A stretch of DNA of 64,000 nucleotides, taken from Desulfatiglandales bacterium (lineage in GTDB: Bacteria; Desulfobacterota; DSM-4660; Desulfatiglandales; HGW-15). Positions 51,414 to 61,156 of the stretch are shown here, one piece after another. The first letter of the stretch is position 1, and every line of letters starts with the position of its first letter. The stretch covers positions 3,872,001-3,936,000 of the forward strand of contig CAXXJJ010000004.1 in NCBI GenBank assembly GCA_963667015.2, given 5' to 3'. Below the pieces are notes generated by a model, which saw only the letters and a list, made by a program, of their open reading frames with translations, did not search any database and had not been told where the DNA came from. The position numbers and the translations under genes are program-made.

Positions 51414-52775
51414 ATGGGTTTAGAGCCTCATAAACAGGTCCTGGTTGATACAGTCGAAAAAATTTGTCTTCTATTTAATTTATCGAAAGCAATTAAAAAT
51501 ATATCCACCTCTAGTGAAAATGCTCTTTTAGAGTTCTATGACAAACAGCTATCAGGAATTATTAAACATCTAAAGCATCCAATAGACCAAATATTATATG
51601 AGCCTGGGTTTGATTTATCGGACTATAACTCCCTATATAATGCTATAACCAATTTTCAAAATTTACATCCTCAATATAGAGTTTTTTCTTCTCTCCCAAA
51701 AATACGAAAAGAAATTTTTTTAATGCTTGAAAATGTTCTTTCTCAAGCGGACTATAATGAGATAGAGCCAACTATTATTTATTCGCCTCTATACAATTAT
51801 TATGAACAAAGCAGCTTAGAACAATTTCAACAATTGGGAATTCTATTAGAGGATGGGGTACCTGATCGAATTGTTCTTATGTTGCCATATGCTGATTTTG
51901 CTAACCCATTAGTTTGGAGTATTTTAGTACATGAACTAAGTCATGCCCTTGAAACAAAATATGGTATTGTTGAAGAATTATCAGAATCCTTTACCCCTCA
52001 CTCAATACCTACAACCAGAAGATCAAAAAATTGGGCAAGCGAGTTATGTTGCGATATGTTAGCTATAAAAATAATGGGGCCTTCTTATTTGAATTCATTT
52101 ATTAATTTAGTTTTTTCAGTGCATCCTTGGTATCATAGCGCCTCAGACAGTCATCCTCATCCAAAGCTCAGAATTCATTTTATGTCAGAATATTTAGATG
52201 AACTTGGGCTACACTCTAACTCTTCAAAGTACTATGTGGATTTCGCAACAAAACTATATGATCTTTTTACGATTGAAGAGGAAAAGCTTCAGTTGGCCAT
52301 ATATATTGAAACCCTTATAGAAAAATTAAAGGAAAAAATATCTGATATTGATTTACCGGATGTTATGGAGCCTCAGAATTCAGTAGCTATTATGAATTTA
52401 ACGGAGAAACTTAAACAAGAGACACCTCTAATTAGTTCATATAATTCAACTTCAATTGATCATATTGAAAAGGAAAAGGAAAAATATTTACTTCAGAAAA
52501 AAGAAGCCTCTGAGATTGATCTTAACAATGCATACAGCCTTCTAAAATTACTAGACGAAAAACCAGCAAAGCCTTCTCATATTTTAAACGCGGCTTGGGA
52601 ATTTCGAGTCGATATGTATTGGGATATATTTATTAGTATCTTTAAAGATCCAAAATTAAAATATGAGGAAAAATTTTTCAAATTTGCGGAGCATATTGAT
52701 AATTTTACTTTCAGCATCATCAAATCAATTGAAGTTTCTAAAATTCACCAAATCTTTAGAACTATGGGAAAATAA
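51414..52775 (+). CDS. M48-like zinc metallopeptidase-domain protein
   Basis: LVHELSH (HExxH), ELCCD..A....GP, SHP....R. Confidence 0.7.
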   Translation: MGLEPHKQVLVDTVEKICLLFNLSKAIKNISTSSENALLEFYDKQLSGIIKHLKHPIDQILYEPGFDLSDYNSLYNAITNFQNLHPQYRVFSSLPKIRKEIFLMLENVLSQADYNEIEPTIIYSPLYNYYEQSSLEQFQQLGILLEDGVPDRIVLMLPYADFANPLVWSILVHELSHALETKYGIVEELSESFTPHSIPTTRRSKNWASELCCDMLAIKIMGPSYLNSFINLVFSVHPWYHSASDSHPHPKLRIHFMSEYLDELGLHSNSSKYYVDFATKLYDLFTIEEEKLQLAIYIETLIEKLKEKISDIDLPDVMEPQNSVAIMNLTEKLKQETPLISSYNSTSIDHIEKEKEKYLLQKKEASEIDLNNAYSLLKLLDEKPAKPSHILNAAWEFRVDMYWDIFISIFKDPKLKYEEKFFKFAEHIDNFTFSIIKSIEVSKIHQIFRTMGK

Positions 52776-53413
52776 TGATTCTGAACGAAATGCAAATTTT
52801 CGATAGATTAATTAGCCCTACTCCTAAAAAAAGATTAGTTATCACTCCTATTATTGATGCTGAAGAACAATTCCAACCAGCTTCGTTTGATCTAAGATTA
52901 GGTGTTGAATTTAGTTCTCTTAAAATAAGTAAATTTGAGTATCTGGAAATATTAAAAGAACCAGAGAATGCCATAAAAGAGGTTAAAAACTATGTAGAGC
53001 ATTTCAGCATCTCATATAATGAAAAATTTGTATTACACCCAGGTTCTTTTGCGTTAGGCTCTACTTTAGAATATATTAAAATGCCTTTAGACCTAGCAGG
53101 ACGATTGGAAGGGAAAAGTACATGGGGAAGAGTAGGATTAGAAGTTCATTCTACAGCAGGATTTATTGATCCTGGATTTAGCGGATGTATTACATATGAA
53201 TTACAAAATGTCGGAAAAGTTCCTATCCCTTTGTATCCAGGAATACGTATTGCTCAAATCTGCTTTAATCAAATTGAGGAAACGTCGCTACCTTATACAA
53301 AAAAAAGCACTTCAAATTACAGTGGAAGAGCAGGCTTAATTGATAGTAGATATTACACCCAAAAAGAGTTAGGAAAGCTTCGAGAAATTCATAAAATGGA
53401 AAGAAGTCGTTAA
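52775..53413 (+). CDS. dcd: dCTP deaminase (trimeric dUTPase fold)
   Basis: QPASFDLRLG, LHPG.F.LG.TLE, EGKSTWGR.GL.VH.TAGFIDPGF.G.IT.EL.N, RIAQ; TAATG overlap with the upstream gene. Confidence 0.92.
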   Translation: MILNEMQIFDRLISPTPKKRLVITPIIDAEEQFQPASFDLRLGVEFSSLKISKFEYLEILKEPENAIKEVKNYVEHFSISYNEKFVLHPGSFALGSTLEYIKMPLDLAGRLEGKSTWGRVGLEVHSTAGFIDPGFSGCITYELQNVGKVPIPLYPGIRIAQICFNQIEETSLPYTKKSTSNYSGRAGLIDSRYYTQKELGKLREIHKMERSR

Positions 53414-53653
53414 CTTTAACGAATATATTTATTAATAAATAAAGTGGGAACCTCCTCTTAGTAACCCTGAAAATATATAAATACCAAATTACAAAGCGAT
53501 GAGATGTTGACATAACATATTTTTCTTAATCTAAAACAATGAAACAAGGATATACAAGAGATCTGTTACATGTAGACTATTAATTCAACAATAAAACTAC
53601 ACATGGACAAGCAATGAACGCTAGTTTGCTTAATAATAGCACTCTCGTTTGAA

Positions 53654-54301
53654 ATGATGATTAAAATGTCAGAAGATCAATTGAAAGAAGAAAAAAAGAG
53701 GGTCTACGCTAGTACAAGGCAAGATTTACTTACGAGAGATTTATCAAATTCAGAAAAATATGATAATGCTATACTCACCTTATCGACTGGTGTTTTAGCG
53801 ATTTCTCTCGCGTTTATTAAAGACATTATTCCTTTAGAAAAAACACGGTGTTTGATCCTATTAATTCTATCATGGTGTGCATTTGGTGCTGCAATTATAT
53901 CAACACTTATTTCATTTTTATCAAGTCAAATGGCAATCAAACGTCAACTTGAATATGCTGAGAAGTACTACCTCAATGAAGAGGAAGAGTATCTTAAAAG
54001 AAAGAATTCTCCTAAACAATTAACTGACGTTATGAACTATACATCTGGAATATTATTCATTATAGGTATTATAGTCACCATAATTTTTGTGTCCATCAAC
54101 ATAGCTGGAGAAAATGTCATGACGAATAAATCATCAACAAAAGACGGAGCAACTATACCTGTATTGCAAAAAGTTACAAAGGACATCGTGAAAAAGGGGG
54201 CAAATATACCCGATATGCAACCAGTAGGTCAATCAACTACACAACAATCTACTGTTCAAGATGTGAATCAATCCAGTGGAAATAATGATAGTTCTAAATA
54301 G
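53654..54301 (+). CDS. Three-TM membrane protein with low-complexity repeat tail
   Basis: YDNAILTLSTGVLAISLAFI and two more TM segments; tail with GA.IP..Q.V repeated twice. Confidence 0.7.
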   Translation: MMIKMSEDQLKEEKKRVYASTRQDLLTRDLSNSEKYDNAILTLSTGVLAISLAFIKDIIPLEKTRCLILLILSWCAFGAAIISTLISFLSSQMAIKRQLEYAEKYYLNEEEEYLKRKNSPKQLTDVMNYTSGILFIIGIIVTIIFVSINIAGENVMTNKSSTKDGATIPVLQKVTKDIVKKGANIPDMQPVGQSTTQQSTVQDVNQSSGNNDSSK

Positions 54302-54571
54302 AATTAACCTAGTCCAAGATTCAGTACTCTTGAGTATTTTGATGGATTATAATATCTAAGGTGTGGGGTCAAACTCACCTGCCTCAACTAAATTACACCC
54401 ATAAATTCAATAACTTCCTTTTCACTCCTGCCCTATTGGGCTACTTTTGGGCTCTCTTTTGAAAATTATTTTCAAATTTTGTATAAAAAATGGCATAACT
54501 GTTTAGTGTTTAGTTGACACTTCATTTTTATTCTGATATCTATTATTGTAAGATTTAAAAGGGAGATATTT

Positions 54572-54919
54572 ATGAATGAAAAATTTGGGGCACGCATAAA
54601 AAGAATGAGAACCGAAAAACAAATGGGATTACGTCAGACAGCTAAAAAAGTTGGTATTTCTCCAACATTTCTCTCTCGAATAGAAAATGATCAAGAAACA
54701 AGTCTACCAAGTGAAGAAAAAATAAAAAAACTATCAGAAGTACTTCAAGATAATTTCGATGAGTTGATGCAACTGGCAGGACGAATTCCAAATGAAGTTA
54801 CAGAATATATTAAAGCAAAAAAATCTATGCCAGCATTTCTAAGGCGAGCTCAAGAGGAAAACATATCAGCGGAAGAATTGATGAAACTTTTGGACAAACG
54901 GGGACAAAAAGATAAATGA
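54572..54919 (+). CDS. XRE-family HTH regulator
   Basis: FG.RIK..R....GLR..A..VGISP.FLSRIEN. Confidence 0.9.
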   Translation: MNEKFGARIKRMRTEKQMGLRQTAKKVGISPTFLSRIENDQETSLPSEEKIKKLSEVLQDNFDELMQLAGRIPNEVTEYIKAKKSMPAFLRRAQEENISAEELMKLLDKRGQKDK

Positions 54920-55605
54920 CAATTGAAGTTCCTTTCAGGAGAATGTCAGAAATTGAAGCTATGGCACTAGATCTCTTAGAGAAATACCAAACATGGAAAG
55001 AGAGTCCATTAGCAGCACCAATTGATGTAGATGAGATTATTGAAGGGTACTTCAAAATATACCTTGAATTCGGAGATCTAAAGGAACACCTATCAATTTC
55101 AGATGTATTAGGCGCTGCTTGGTTTGATGAAAAAATAATAAGAATAGATTCTTCGCTTGAAGAAAAAGAAGGTCGTTTATCTTTTACTATGGCCCATGAA
55201 GTTGGACATTGGTGGATGCATAGACCGATATATGAAATGGGGAAGTTAAGTTTACAATTATTTAGTTATGATAAATCTGCACCACCCTCTTCTGCCATTG
55301 TTTGTCGATCTACTATGAAAAAAGAACCAGCCGAATGGCAAGCGGATCAGTTTGCAGGCATGCTTCTTATGCCTGCATCATTAATGCAAGAATCAAAATT
55401 ATCAGTATATGGCTCAGAACAGATAAAAGTGGATGGATTAGAGGATTATAAAAATAACAGCGCACAGAATCCGTATCTTAGGGCAGTAGCAAAGAAGTTT
55501 ACAAACGCGGATTTTAATAATGTATCAGTTGAGGCAATGTGCTATCGACTAATCAGTTTGGGTTTTGTAGTTGATTCAAATCCCATACAAAAATCCTTAT
55601 TTTAA
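54916..55605 (+). CDS. ImmA/IrrE family metallo-endopeptidase
   Basis: R..FT.AHEVGHW..H, EWQADQFA..LLMP, VS..A..YRL. Confidence 0.9.
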   Translation: MTIEVPFRRMSEIEAMALDLLEKYQTWKESPLAAPIDVDEIIEGYFKIYLEFGDLKEHLSISDVLGAAWFDEKIIRIDSSLEEKEGRLSFTMAHEVGHWWMHRPIYEMGKLSLQLFSYDKSAPPSSAIVCRSTMKKEPAEWQADQFAGMLLMPASLMQESKLSVYGSEQIKVDGLEDYKNNSAQNPYLRAVAKKFTNADFNNVSVEAMCYRLISLGFVVDSNPIQKSLF

Positions 55606-55673
55606 TACTATCAATATTTTTTTGACTTAATCGTTTAGTGTTTAGGGAACAATTTATGAAAGGAGGTGATATT

Positions 55674-55844
55674 ATGGCAACAAATCCGCCGAAAGGAGAC
55701 GGACATAGAAATGGCGCAGTAAAAGATCGAAGTCAAGTCTACAATCCAGCTAAAAATCGTTGGACTAAACGTGCCCCTGATGGAAAGTTTATGGATCAGA
55801 AGGCTGATGGAAAACCTTTTAAAGGTGTCAGAAAGGAAAAGTGA
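55674..55844 (+). CDS. Small basic conserved protein (56 aa)
   Basis: AGGAGG RBS; MATNPPKGDGHRNGAVKDRSQVYNP...W.KR...GKFMDQK..GKPFKGVRKEK. Confidence 0.75.
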   Translation: MATNPPKGDGHRNGAVKDRSQVYNPAKNRWTKRAPDGKFMDQKADGKPFKGVRKEK

Positions 55845-56018
55845 TAGAATCCTTTGGCGTGTCTTGAAAAGGCGCGCCTCTGGATATCTTTTTACAAAAT
55901 TACAGTAAGGAGCCACTGTATATTGTGTCAAATATAACACAAACACTATATCTTGACATTGGTGAAAACGTGATTATTTAGTTTAAAAATAAGTCGAAAC
56001 AATTATTAGGTAAAGAAA

Positions 56019-57170
56019 ATGACAAAAAAATTAACTATTGAACAAAGCTTTCAAAAATTTCTTACTAACCTCAATCCAACAGAGAAACAGCTACAAGCCA
56101 TACAAAAAACCAGAGCAAGCATCGATAACGTCTTATCTAACGACCAAAGAATATTTCTTCATACTCAAAAACAACCTTCATTTTTAACTGGATCTTACTC
56201 AAGAGGAACCATTATTCGCCCTATCGATGATATCGATCTATATGTACGTGTTCATTATAGCAAACACGCTGAAAACAAAACACCTCGTTCAATCCTTGTT
56301 TTAATTGCCTCCGCTCTGAGAAAACGTTATCCCAATAATACGAAAATAAATGTAGATTCCCCATGTGTTGCAGTAAGTTTCTTTGGTTACAAATTCGAGG
56401 TAGTACCTGTCGTATGCTACTCATATGATGATAACCTGTATGACATACCTGCTCCTGGCTCTAAATCATGGATGCAATGTTATCCTCACATACCTTCAAA
56501 ATGGCTTTCATCAAGCAATCAGAGAAACAAAAAAATGTTTATTCCTTTGATTAAAATGCTAAAACAGTGGAATAGAACAAATAAAATGAATTTTAAATCC
56601 TTCCACATTGAACTCCTAACAGAAAAAGTTTTTTCATCGGTCACGGATATCTATTCATATCCACAAGGAATTATGGATTGGATGTATTGTGTTAGGGAAT
56701 GGTTCTGGGACAATAATTATCCATTTATAACAGAACCAGGACATAATAATAAATTCATTGATGATTATATTTATGAAAAAAAATTTCGAGTCAATGTTAT
56801 CAGGAATAAATTAGATAAGGCTATAAAAAGAGCTGAAAGAGCCTATGATTTATATCTGAAAGGTAAAGATATTCCAGCAAGGAGAATATGGAAAAATATG
56901 TTTGGAACAATGTACCCTTCTCCGGATCCATTGCCAATCAAACCTATCTTAACACCACCAAAACAAACTCCACCACCTACACTTAGAGATATTTTCACTA
57001 CACAGCAATCACCAGTATTAGGCAAACTTGAACAGCCTTCAAGCAATTACTTACTTGGTCTTCTCTCTAACCCAAAATCCAAATTACCAGATGATCCTAA
57101 TAATAATTCCAATACTAATTTTTTAAGAGGCTTACTCGCAGGATATAATGACCCATTTAAAAAATATTGA
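56019..57170 (+). CDS. SMODS/CD-NTase-family nucleotidyltransferase
   Basis: FLTGSYSRGT.IRP.DDIDL, FEVVP, IP...W....P, LIKMLKQWN, SF.IE, W..MFG. Confidence 0.85.
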   Translation: MTKKLTIEQSFQKFLTNLNPTEKQLQAIQKTRASIDNVLSNDQRIFLHTQKQPSFLTGSYSRGTIIRPIDDIDLYVRVHYSKHAENKTPRSILVLIASALRKRYPNNTKINVDSPCVAVSFFGYKFEVVPVVCYSYDDNLYDIPAPGSKSWMQCYPHIPSKWLSSSNQRNKKMFIPLIKMLKQWNRTNKMNFKSFHIELLTEKVFSSVTDIYSYPQGIMDWMYCVREWFWDNNYPFITEPGHNNKFIDDYIYEKKFRVNVIRNKLDKAIKRAERAYDLYLKGKDIPARRIWKNMFGTMYPSPDPLPIKPILTPPKQTPPPTLRDIFTTQQSPVLGKLEQPSSNYLLGLLSNPKSKLPDDPNNNSNTNFLRGLLAGYNDPFKKY

Positions 57171-57176
57171 GGGAAT

Positions 57177-57689
57177 ATGACAGAAAATAATATTGAACAC
57201 CTAATAAAAGAATGTATGCAAATAGTGGATGATAGTCTTTATACAGCTGAAGCACATTACATACTAGCCTCTAAAGCTAACCAAATAAGCTTTTGGGTGA
57301 AATTAATCCCAGCTCTCGCGGCTGCAGTAAGTGGTATTGCAGTCCTTTCAGGTGCTCCGAACTGGGTCGCATGGTTTTCAGTTATCTCCGGTGTCGCCTT
57401 TGCGTTACAATCGATACTTAGCCCAGATAAAAAGAAGGAAGAGCATACTTCAGCTGCCAAATGTTATACATCGTTAAAGCATGAAGCAAACGCTTTGCAT
57501 TCCACTTTTTCTAAAGAAATGTCACGGGAGGAGTTTTCTGTGATGGTTAGAATCCTCCGTGATAGGTATAACATGGTAGCTAAACTTACACCACAAACCA
57601 CTATAAAAGCTTTTGAAGAAGGCAGAAAACGGATTAAAGCAGGAATACATATACCTGATTTTGAAGAGCAAGAAAGTGAATCTGAATGA
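57177..57689 (+). CDS. SLATT-domain 2TM effector
   Basis: Y....H...A, two TM helices, H..A...Y..L, Y.....P.T...F; directly downstream of SMODS. Confidence 0.75.
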   Translation: MTENNIEHLIKECMQIVDDSLYTAEAHYILASKANQISFWVKLIPALAAAVSGIAVLSGAPNWVAWFSVISGVAFALQSILSPDKKKEEHTSAAKCYTSLKHEANALHSTFSKEMSREEFSVMVRILRDRYNMVAKLTPQTTIKAFEEGRKRIKAGIHIPDFEEQESESE

Positions 57690-58164
57690 GAAAAGCCAGT
57701 TTCCTAGTCTCACTTTAATTTTTGAGCTAACAAAAGAAAAACTGCATTTCCAATCGGAGCAATGGAACGCGGTTGATTCAAAAAATGCTATCGTATTAGC
57801 TGTATACGGAATAGTGTTGGCAATATACACGAACGTCAATGCAACATATTTCATTGTCTACCAAAAATATATTCTCGCTTTCTGGTTATGTATTATCGCT
57901 ATAGGTATAATCTGCTCAATCATATCTCTGATTCCCAGAGATATAGAAATGCCTCCAAAAGCTGGAGTACTTAGTGATAAATATCTAGATAAGGATGAAT
58001 ATGACACAACGAATGTTTTACTATCTACATTAGAAGGAGCTATCACGGAAAATGATTACATAATTAAAAGAAAGTCCTTTTATCTTTCATTATCTATAAA
58101 AATATTTTTACCAATCGCCTTAGGTATATCAATAATTTCTATTTTTATAAAAATTTTATCATAA
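57676..58164 (+). CDS. Three-TM membrane protein (resembles Pycsar/CBASS TM effectors)
   Basis: W.AVDSKNAIVLA, three hydrophobic segments, L.PR; GTG start overlapping the SLATT gene end. Confidence 0.6.
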   Translation: MNLNEKSQFPSLTLIFELTKEKLHFQSEQWNAVDSKNAIVLAVYGIVLAIYTNVNATYFIVYQKYILAFWLCIIAIGIICSIISLIPRDIEMPPKAGVLSDKYLDKDEYDTTNVLLSTLEGAITENDYIIKRKSFYLSLSIKIFLPIALGISIISIFIKILS

Positions 58165-58189
58165 AAATCAAATTGGGAGGCAACTAAGA

Positions 58190-58342
58190 ATGACAGATGA
58201 TAATATAAAATCTCAAACAATCAAAAACATCAATAATACGATAAGGAAACCAACTGAAAGGCCCCCAGCAGACCCAGACCTTAGTGACCATTATCAAAGA
58301 AACCCTTCTCCAACCCCAATAGAGAAGAGAGAAAAATCATAA
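58190..58342 (+). CDS. Pro-rich microprotein (50 aa)
   Basis: GGGAGG RBS; MTDDNIKSQ...ERPPADPDLSDHYQRNPSPTPIEKREKS. Confidence 0.6.
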   Translation: MTDDNIKSQTIKNINNTIRKPTERPPADPDLSDHYQRNPSPTPIEKREKS

Positions 58343-58355
58343 AAGGAGAAATACA

Positions 58356-58481
58356 ATGAGTAAAAAAAATAAGCCGGAGCAGAAACCAGCTCCTCCAAAA
58401 AGACCTGAACCAGATCCAAGATTGAGGGATCCTAGAAAAATAGAAGATACAACACCAAGAATCACATTAGATGACAAATAA
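58356..58481 (+). CDS. Pro-rich microprotein (41 aa)
   Basis: AAGGAG RBS; MSKKNKPEQKPAPPKRPEPDPRLRDPRKIEDTTPRITLDDK. Confidence 0.6.
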   Translation: MSKKNKPEQKPAPPKRPEPDPRLRDPRKIEDTTPRITLDDK

Positions 58482-59100
58482 ATAAAAGCACTCGCGACTA
58501 ATACTTTATACCGATTCAATTTAATGATTGGCCGCTTTTATTTTTCTTATTTGAAATATTAAATTTCATCACATATTTATTTTCAGTTAATATTACTACT
58601 ATTTAATAATAAATTTGAGATGAATGCGCATTTAATATGCTTTAAATAAAATACAATACGGGACTAATAAACTTGGCAGTAGAAAATACAACAAAGAATA
58701 AAAATAAAAAATTTAATAGATGCCTTCGAGAGATAATTGCCATTACTTTTTGGACTTTATTATTTTGTAAATTAATCGTCTTTGATTTCGATGTATATAT
58801 TTTTCAAAATTACCTACCGTCCTTAGTATGGATATTAAATTTTCGCTTTATTGGTATATTGGTAGCATTTTCAGTAATTCTAATAGGAATTCGAAAAAAA
58901 TCATTTCGTCGATTTCTTTTTTATATTGCATGTTATCCTTTTATTATATTGTTGTACTAAACCGCTTCGCGGTGGCTTAAAAACGAAAGTCAAAGTTCTT
59001 TGACAATTGAATAGTCTTATATCCTAAAGATACTTCATAAAAATCTCCTTTAGAGGATAATTGAGGGATCGTTAACCTCAAGACAAAAAGGAGATTACTT

Positions 59101-59952
59101 ATGGGCAAATTAAAAGACAAAATGATAAAGGATATGGAGTTAAGGGGATTCAGTCCAAGGACTAAACAGACCTACCTTGACTGGGTTTGGAGGCTTTCCA
59201 AACAAAATGGAAAATCTCCGGATCTACTTGGGGACGAAGAGATACGTGATTTTCTCCATTACCTGTTAAAAGATCGGAAAGCAAAACAATCGACTGTAAA
59301 CCAGGCTTACAGTGCATTCAGATTTTTCTATAAGATAACACTTGAAAGGGATTGGAACGAGGAAAAGACCCCAAGAAGCAAACAGCCCAAGAAACTTCCT
59401 GTAGTGTTATCAATGGAGGAAGTAGAAAAGATATTTAAAAATACAAACAACCTGAAGCACAAAGCTATTTTGATGACAATATATTCCGGCGGACTCAGAA
59501 GTGATGAAGTCGTAAACCTCAAGATAGGAGACATCGACAGTAAAAGGATGTTGATAAAGGTTTTTGGTAAGGGATCAAAGGAGCGTTATACTCTTTTAGG
59601 CGAAAAGGCTCTTGATATACTCCGCGACTATTGGAAAGTATATCAGCCCACAAGCTATCTGTTTCCATCCAGAACAAAAGACCGCCATATTGATGCATCG
59701 ACGGTAGGCAAGGCTTTTAAAAAGTCAGTTGGCCTATCAAATATCCATAAGAAAGCAAGTCTCCATACACTTCGTCACAGCTTTGCAACCCACCTTCTGG
59801 AATCCGGGGCAGATATCTACTATATACAAAAACTTTTGGGACACAGCAGTGTTAAGACAACAGAGATCTATATCCATGTAGCCAAAAGAGATATTGTGAA
59901 GATAAAGAGCCCGATAGATCTACTCAAGGATGATGACGAGCCTGAGATATAG
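59101..59952 (+). CDS. Tyrosine recombinase with N-terminal SAM-like domain
   Basis: RGFSPRT...Y, KLPVVLS, Y.GGLR..E, GKGSKER, HTLRHSFATHLLE.G, LGHSS..TT.IY.H. Confidence 0.93.
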   Translation: MGKLKDKMIKDMELRGFSPRTKQTYLDWVWRLSKQNGKSPDLLGDEEIRDFLHYLLKDRKAKQSTVNQAYSAFRFFYKITLERDWNEEKTPRSKQPKKLPVVLSMEEVEKIFKNTNNLKHKAILMTIYSGGLRSDEVVNLKIGDIDSKRMLIKVFGKGSKERYTLLGEKALDILRDYWKVYQPTSYLFPSRTKDRHIDASTVGKAFKKSVGLSNIHKKASLHTLRHSFATHLLESGADIYYIQKLLGHSSVKTTEIYIHVAKRDIVKIKSPIDLLKDDDEPEI

Positions 59953-59966
59953 TGTGGCCTTGAGTC

Positions 59967-61156
59967 ATGAAAGGCCACACAGAAGTGGCCGACATCTTTC
60001 GTGTTTATGGCGGGGAATATAGAACTGCCAATGCCGGGAAGATGCCTTTGAGGCATCATAAGGCAATGAACGCGATTGAAGTCTGCCGCACATCGGTATT
60101 GGGCGGCCATAAAGATGAGTGTGATACCTGTGAAGCCATAAAGATATCATACAATTCATGCAGGAACAGACACTGTCCAAAATGCCAGTGTCTGGACAAG
60201 GAGAGATGGCTTGAATCACGCAAACAGGAAGTACTTCCTGTTAACTATTTTCATGTGGTGTTTACCAAGCCGTCAGAGTTAAGCCCCTTAAGCCTGAGAA
60301 ACCAGGCTGTAAGCTACAGTATCCTTTTCAAGGCCTCATCAGAGACATTAAAGGAACTGAGCGCGGACGCAAAACACCTCGGCGCACTACCGGGTTTTAT
60401 CGGTATCCTGCATACATGGTCACAGACATTAATACATCATCCTCACATGCACTATATTGTAACCGGTGGAGGATTATCCCCTGATGGCAAGAGATGGATA
60501 TCCTGCAAGAATGATTTTTTTATACACGTAAAGGTTCTGTCCAGTGTGTTCAGAGGCAAATATCTTTATTATCTGAAAAAGGCATACCAGGAGAGGAAGC
60601 TTGTCTTTCCGGGTTTAGATAAAAGATCATTGAGAATGAAGAAGCCTTTAACAGATTTTGCTCTGAGCTTTACAAAAAAGAATGGGTTGTGTACTGCAAA
60701 CCTCCCTTTAAGTACCCGGAGGATGTTATTGATTATCTCGGGAGATATACCCACAGGGTTGCAATAACGAACAACCGGATAGAAAAGATAGAGGATGGTA
60801 AAGTAACATTTAAATACAGAGACCGTCAGGACAACGACAAAGTAAAACCGATGACCCTGGAAGCTTCTGAGTTTATCCGCAGGTTTCTATATCACGTATT
60901 ACCTGATGGTTTTATGAAGATCCGCCAATATGGCATTCTTAGTAATCGATATAAATCCGAAAAGCTCAAAAAATGTAGAGACATCCTTGGAGTTAAAGAG
61001 GAAGAAAGCAAACACGAGAAGGGAAAGGAAAGTTGGGAAGATCTTCTTTATAGATTAACCGGGACAGATCCAAGACTTTGTCCATATTGCAAAAAAGGAA
61101 GGATGGTACGAAAGCAGAAGATACATCCTTTAAAAGCAAGGTCTCCCCCAGCATGA
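59967..61156 (+). CDS. IS91-family (Y2 HUH) transposase with Zn-binding domain; frameshift near 60610-60632
   Basis: CRT..LGGH...C..C....YNSCRNRHCPKCQ, YFHVVFT, LHTW....HHPHMH, YLGRYTHRVAI, EFIRRFL.HVLP.GF.KIR.YG. Confidence 0.88.

Noticed and set aside
59101..59952. Integron integrase IntI
   Set aside because: Lacks the IntI-specific insertion between KG.K.R and LFP, and is coupled to an IS91-like transposase
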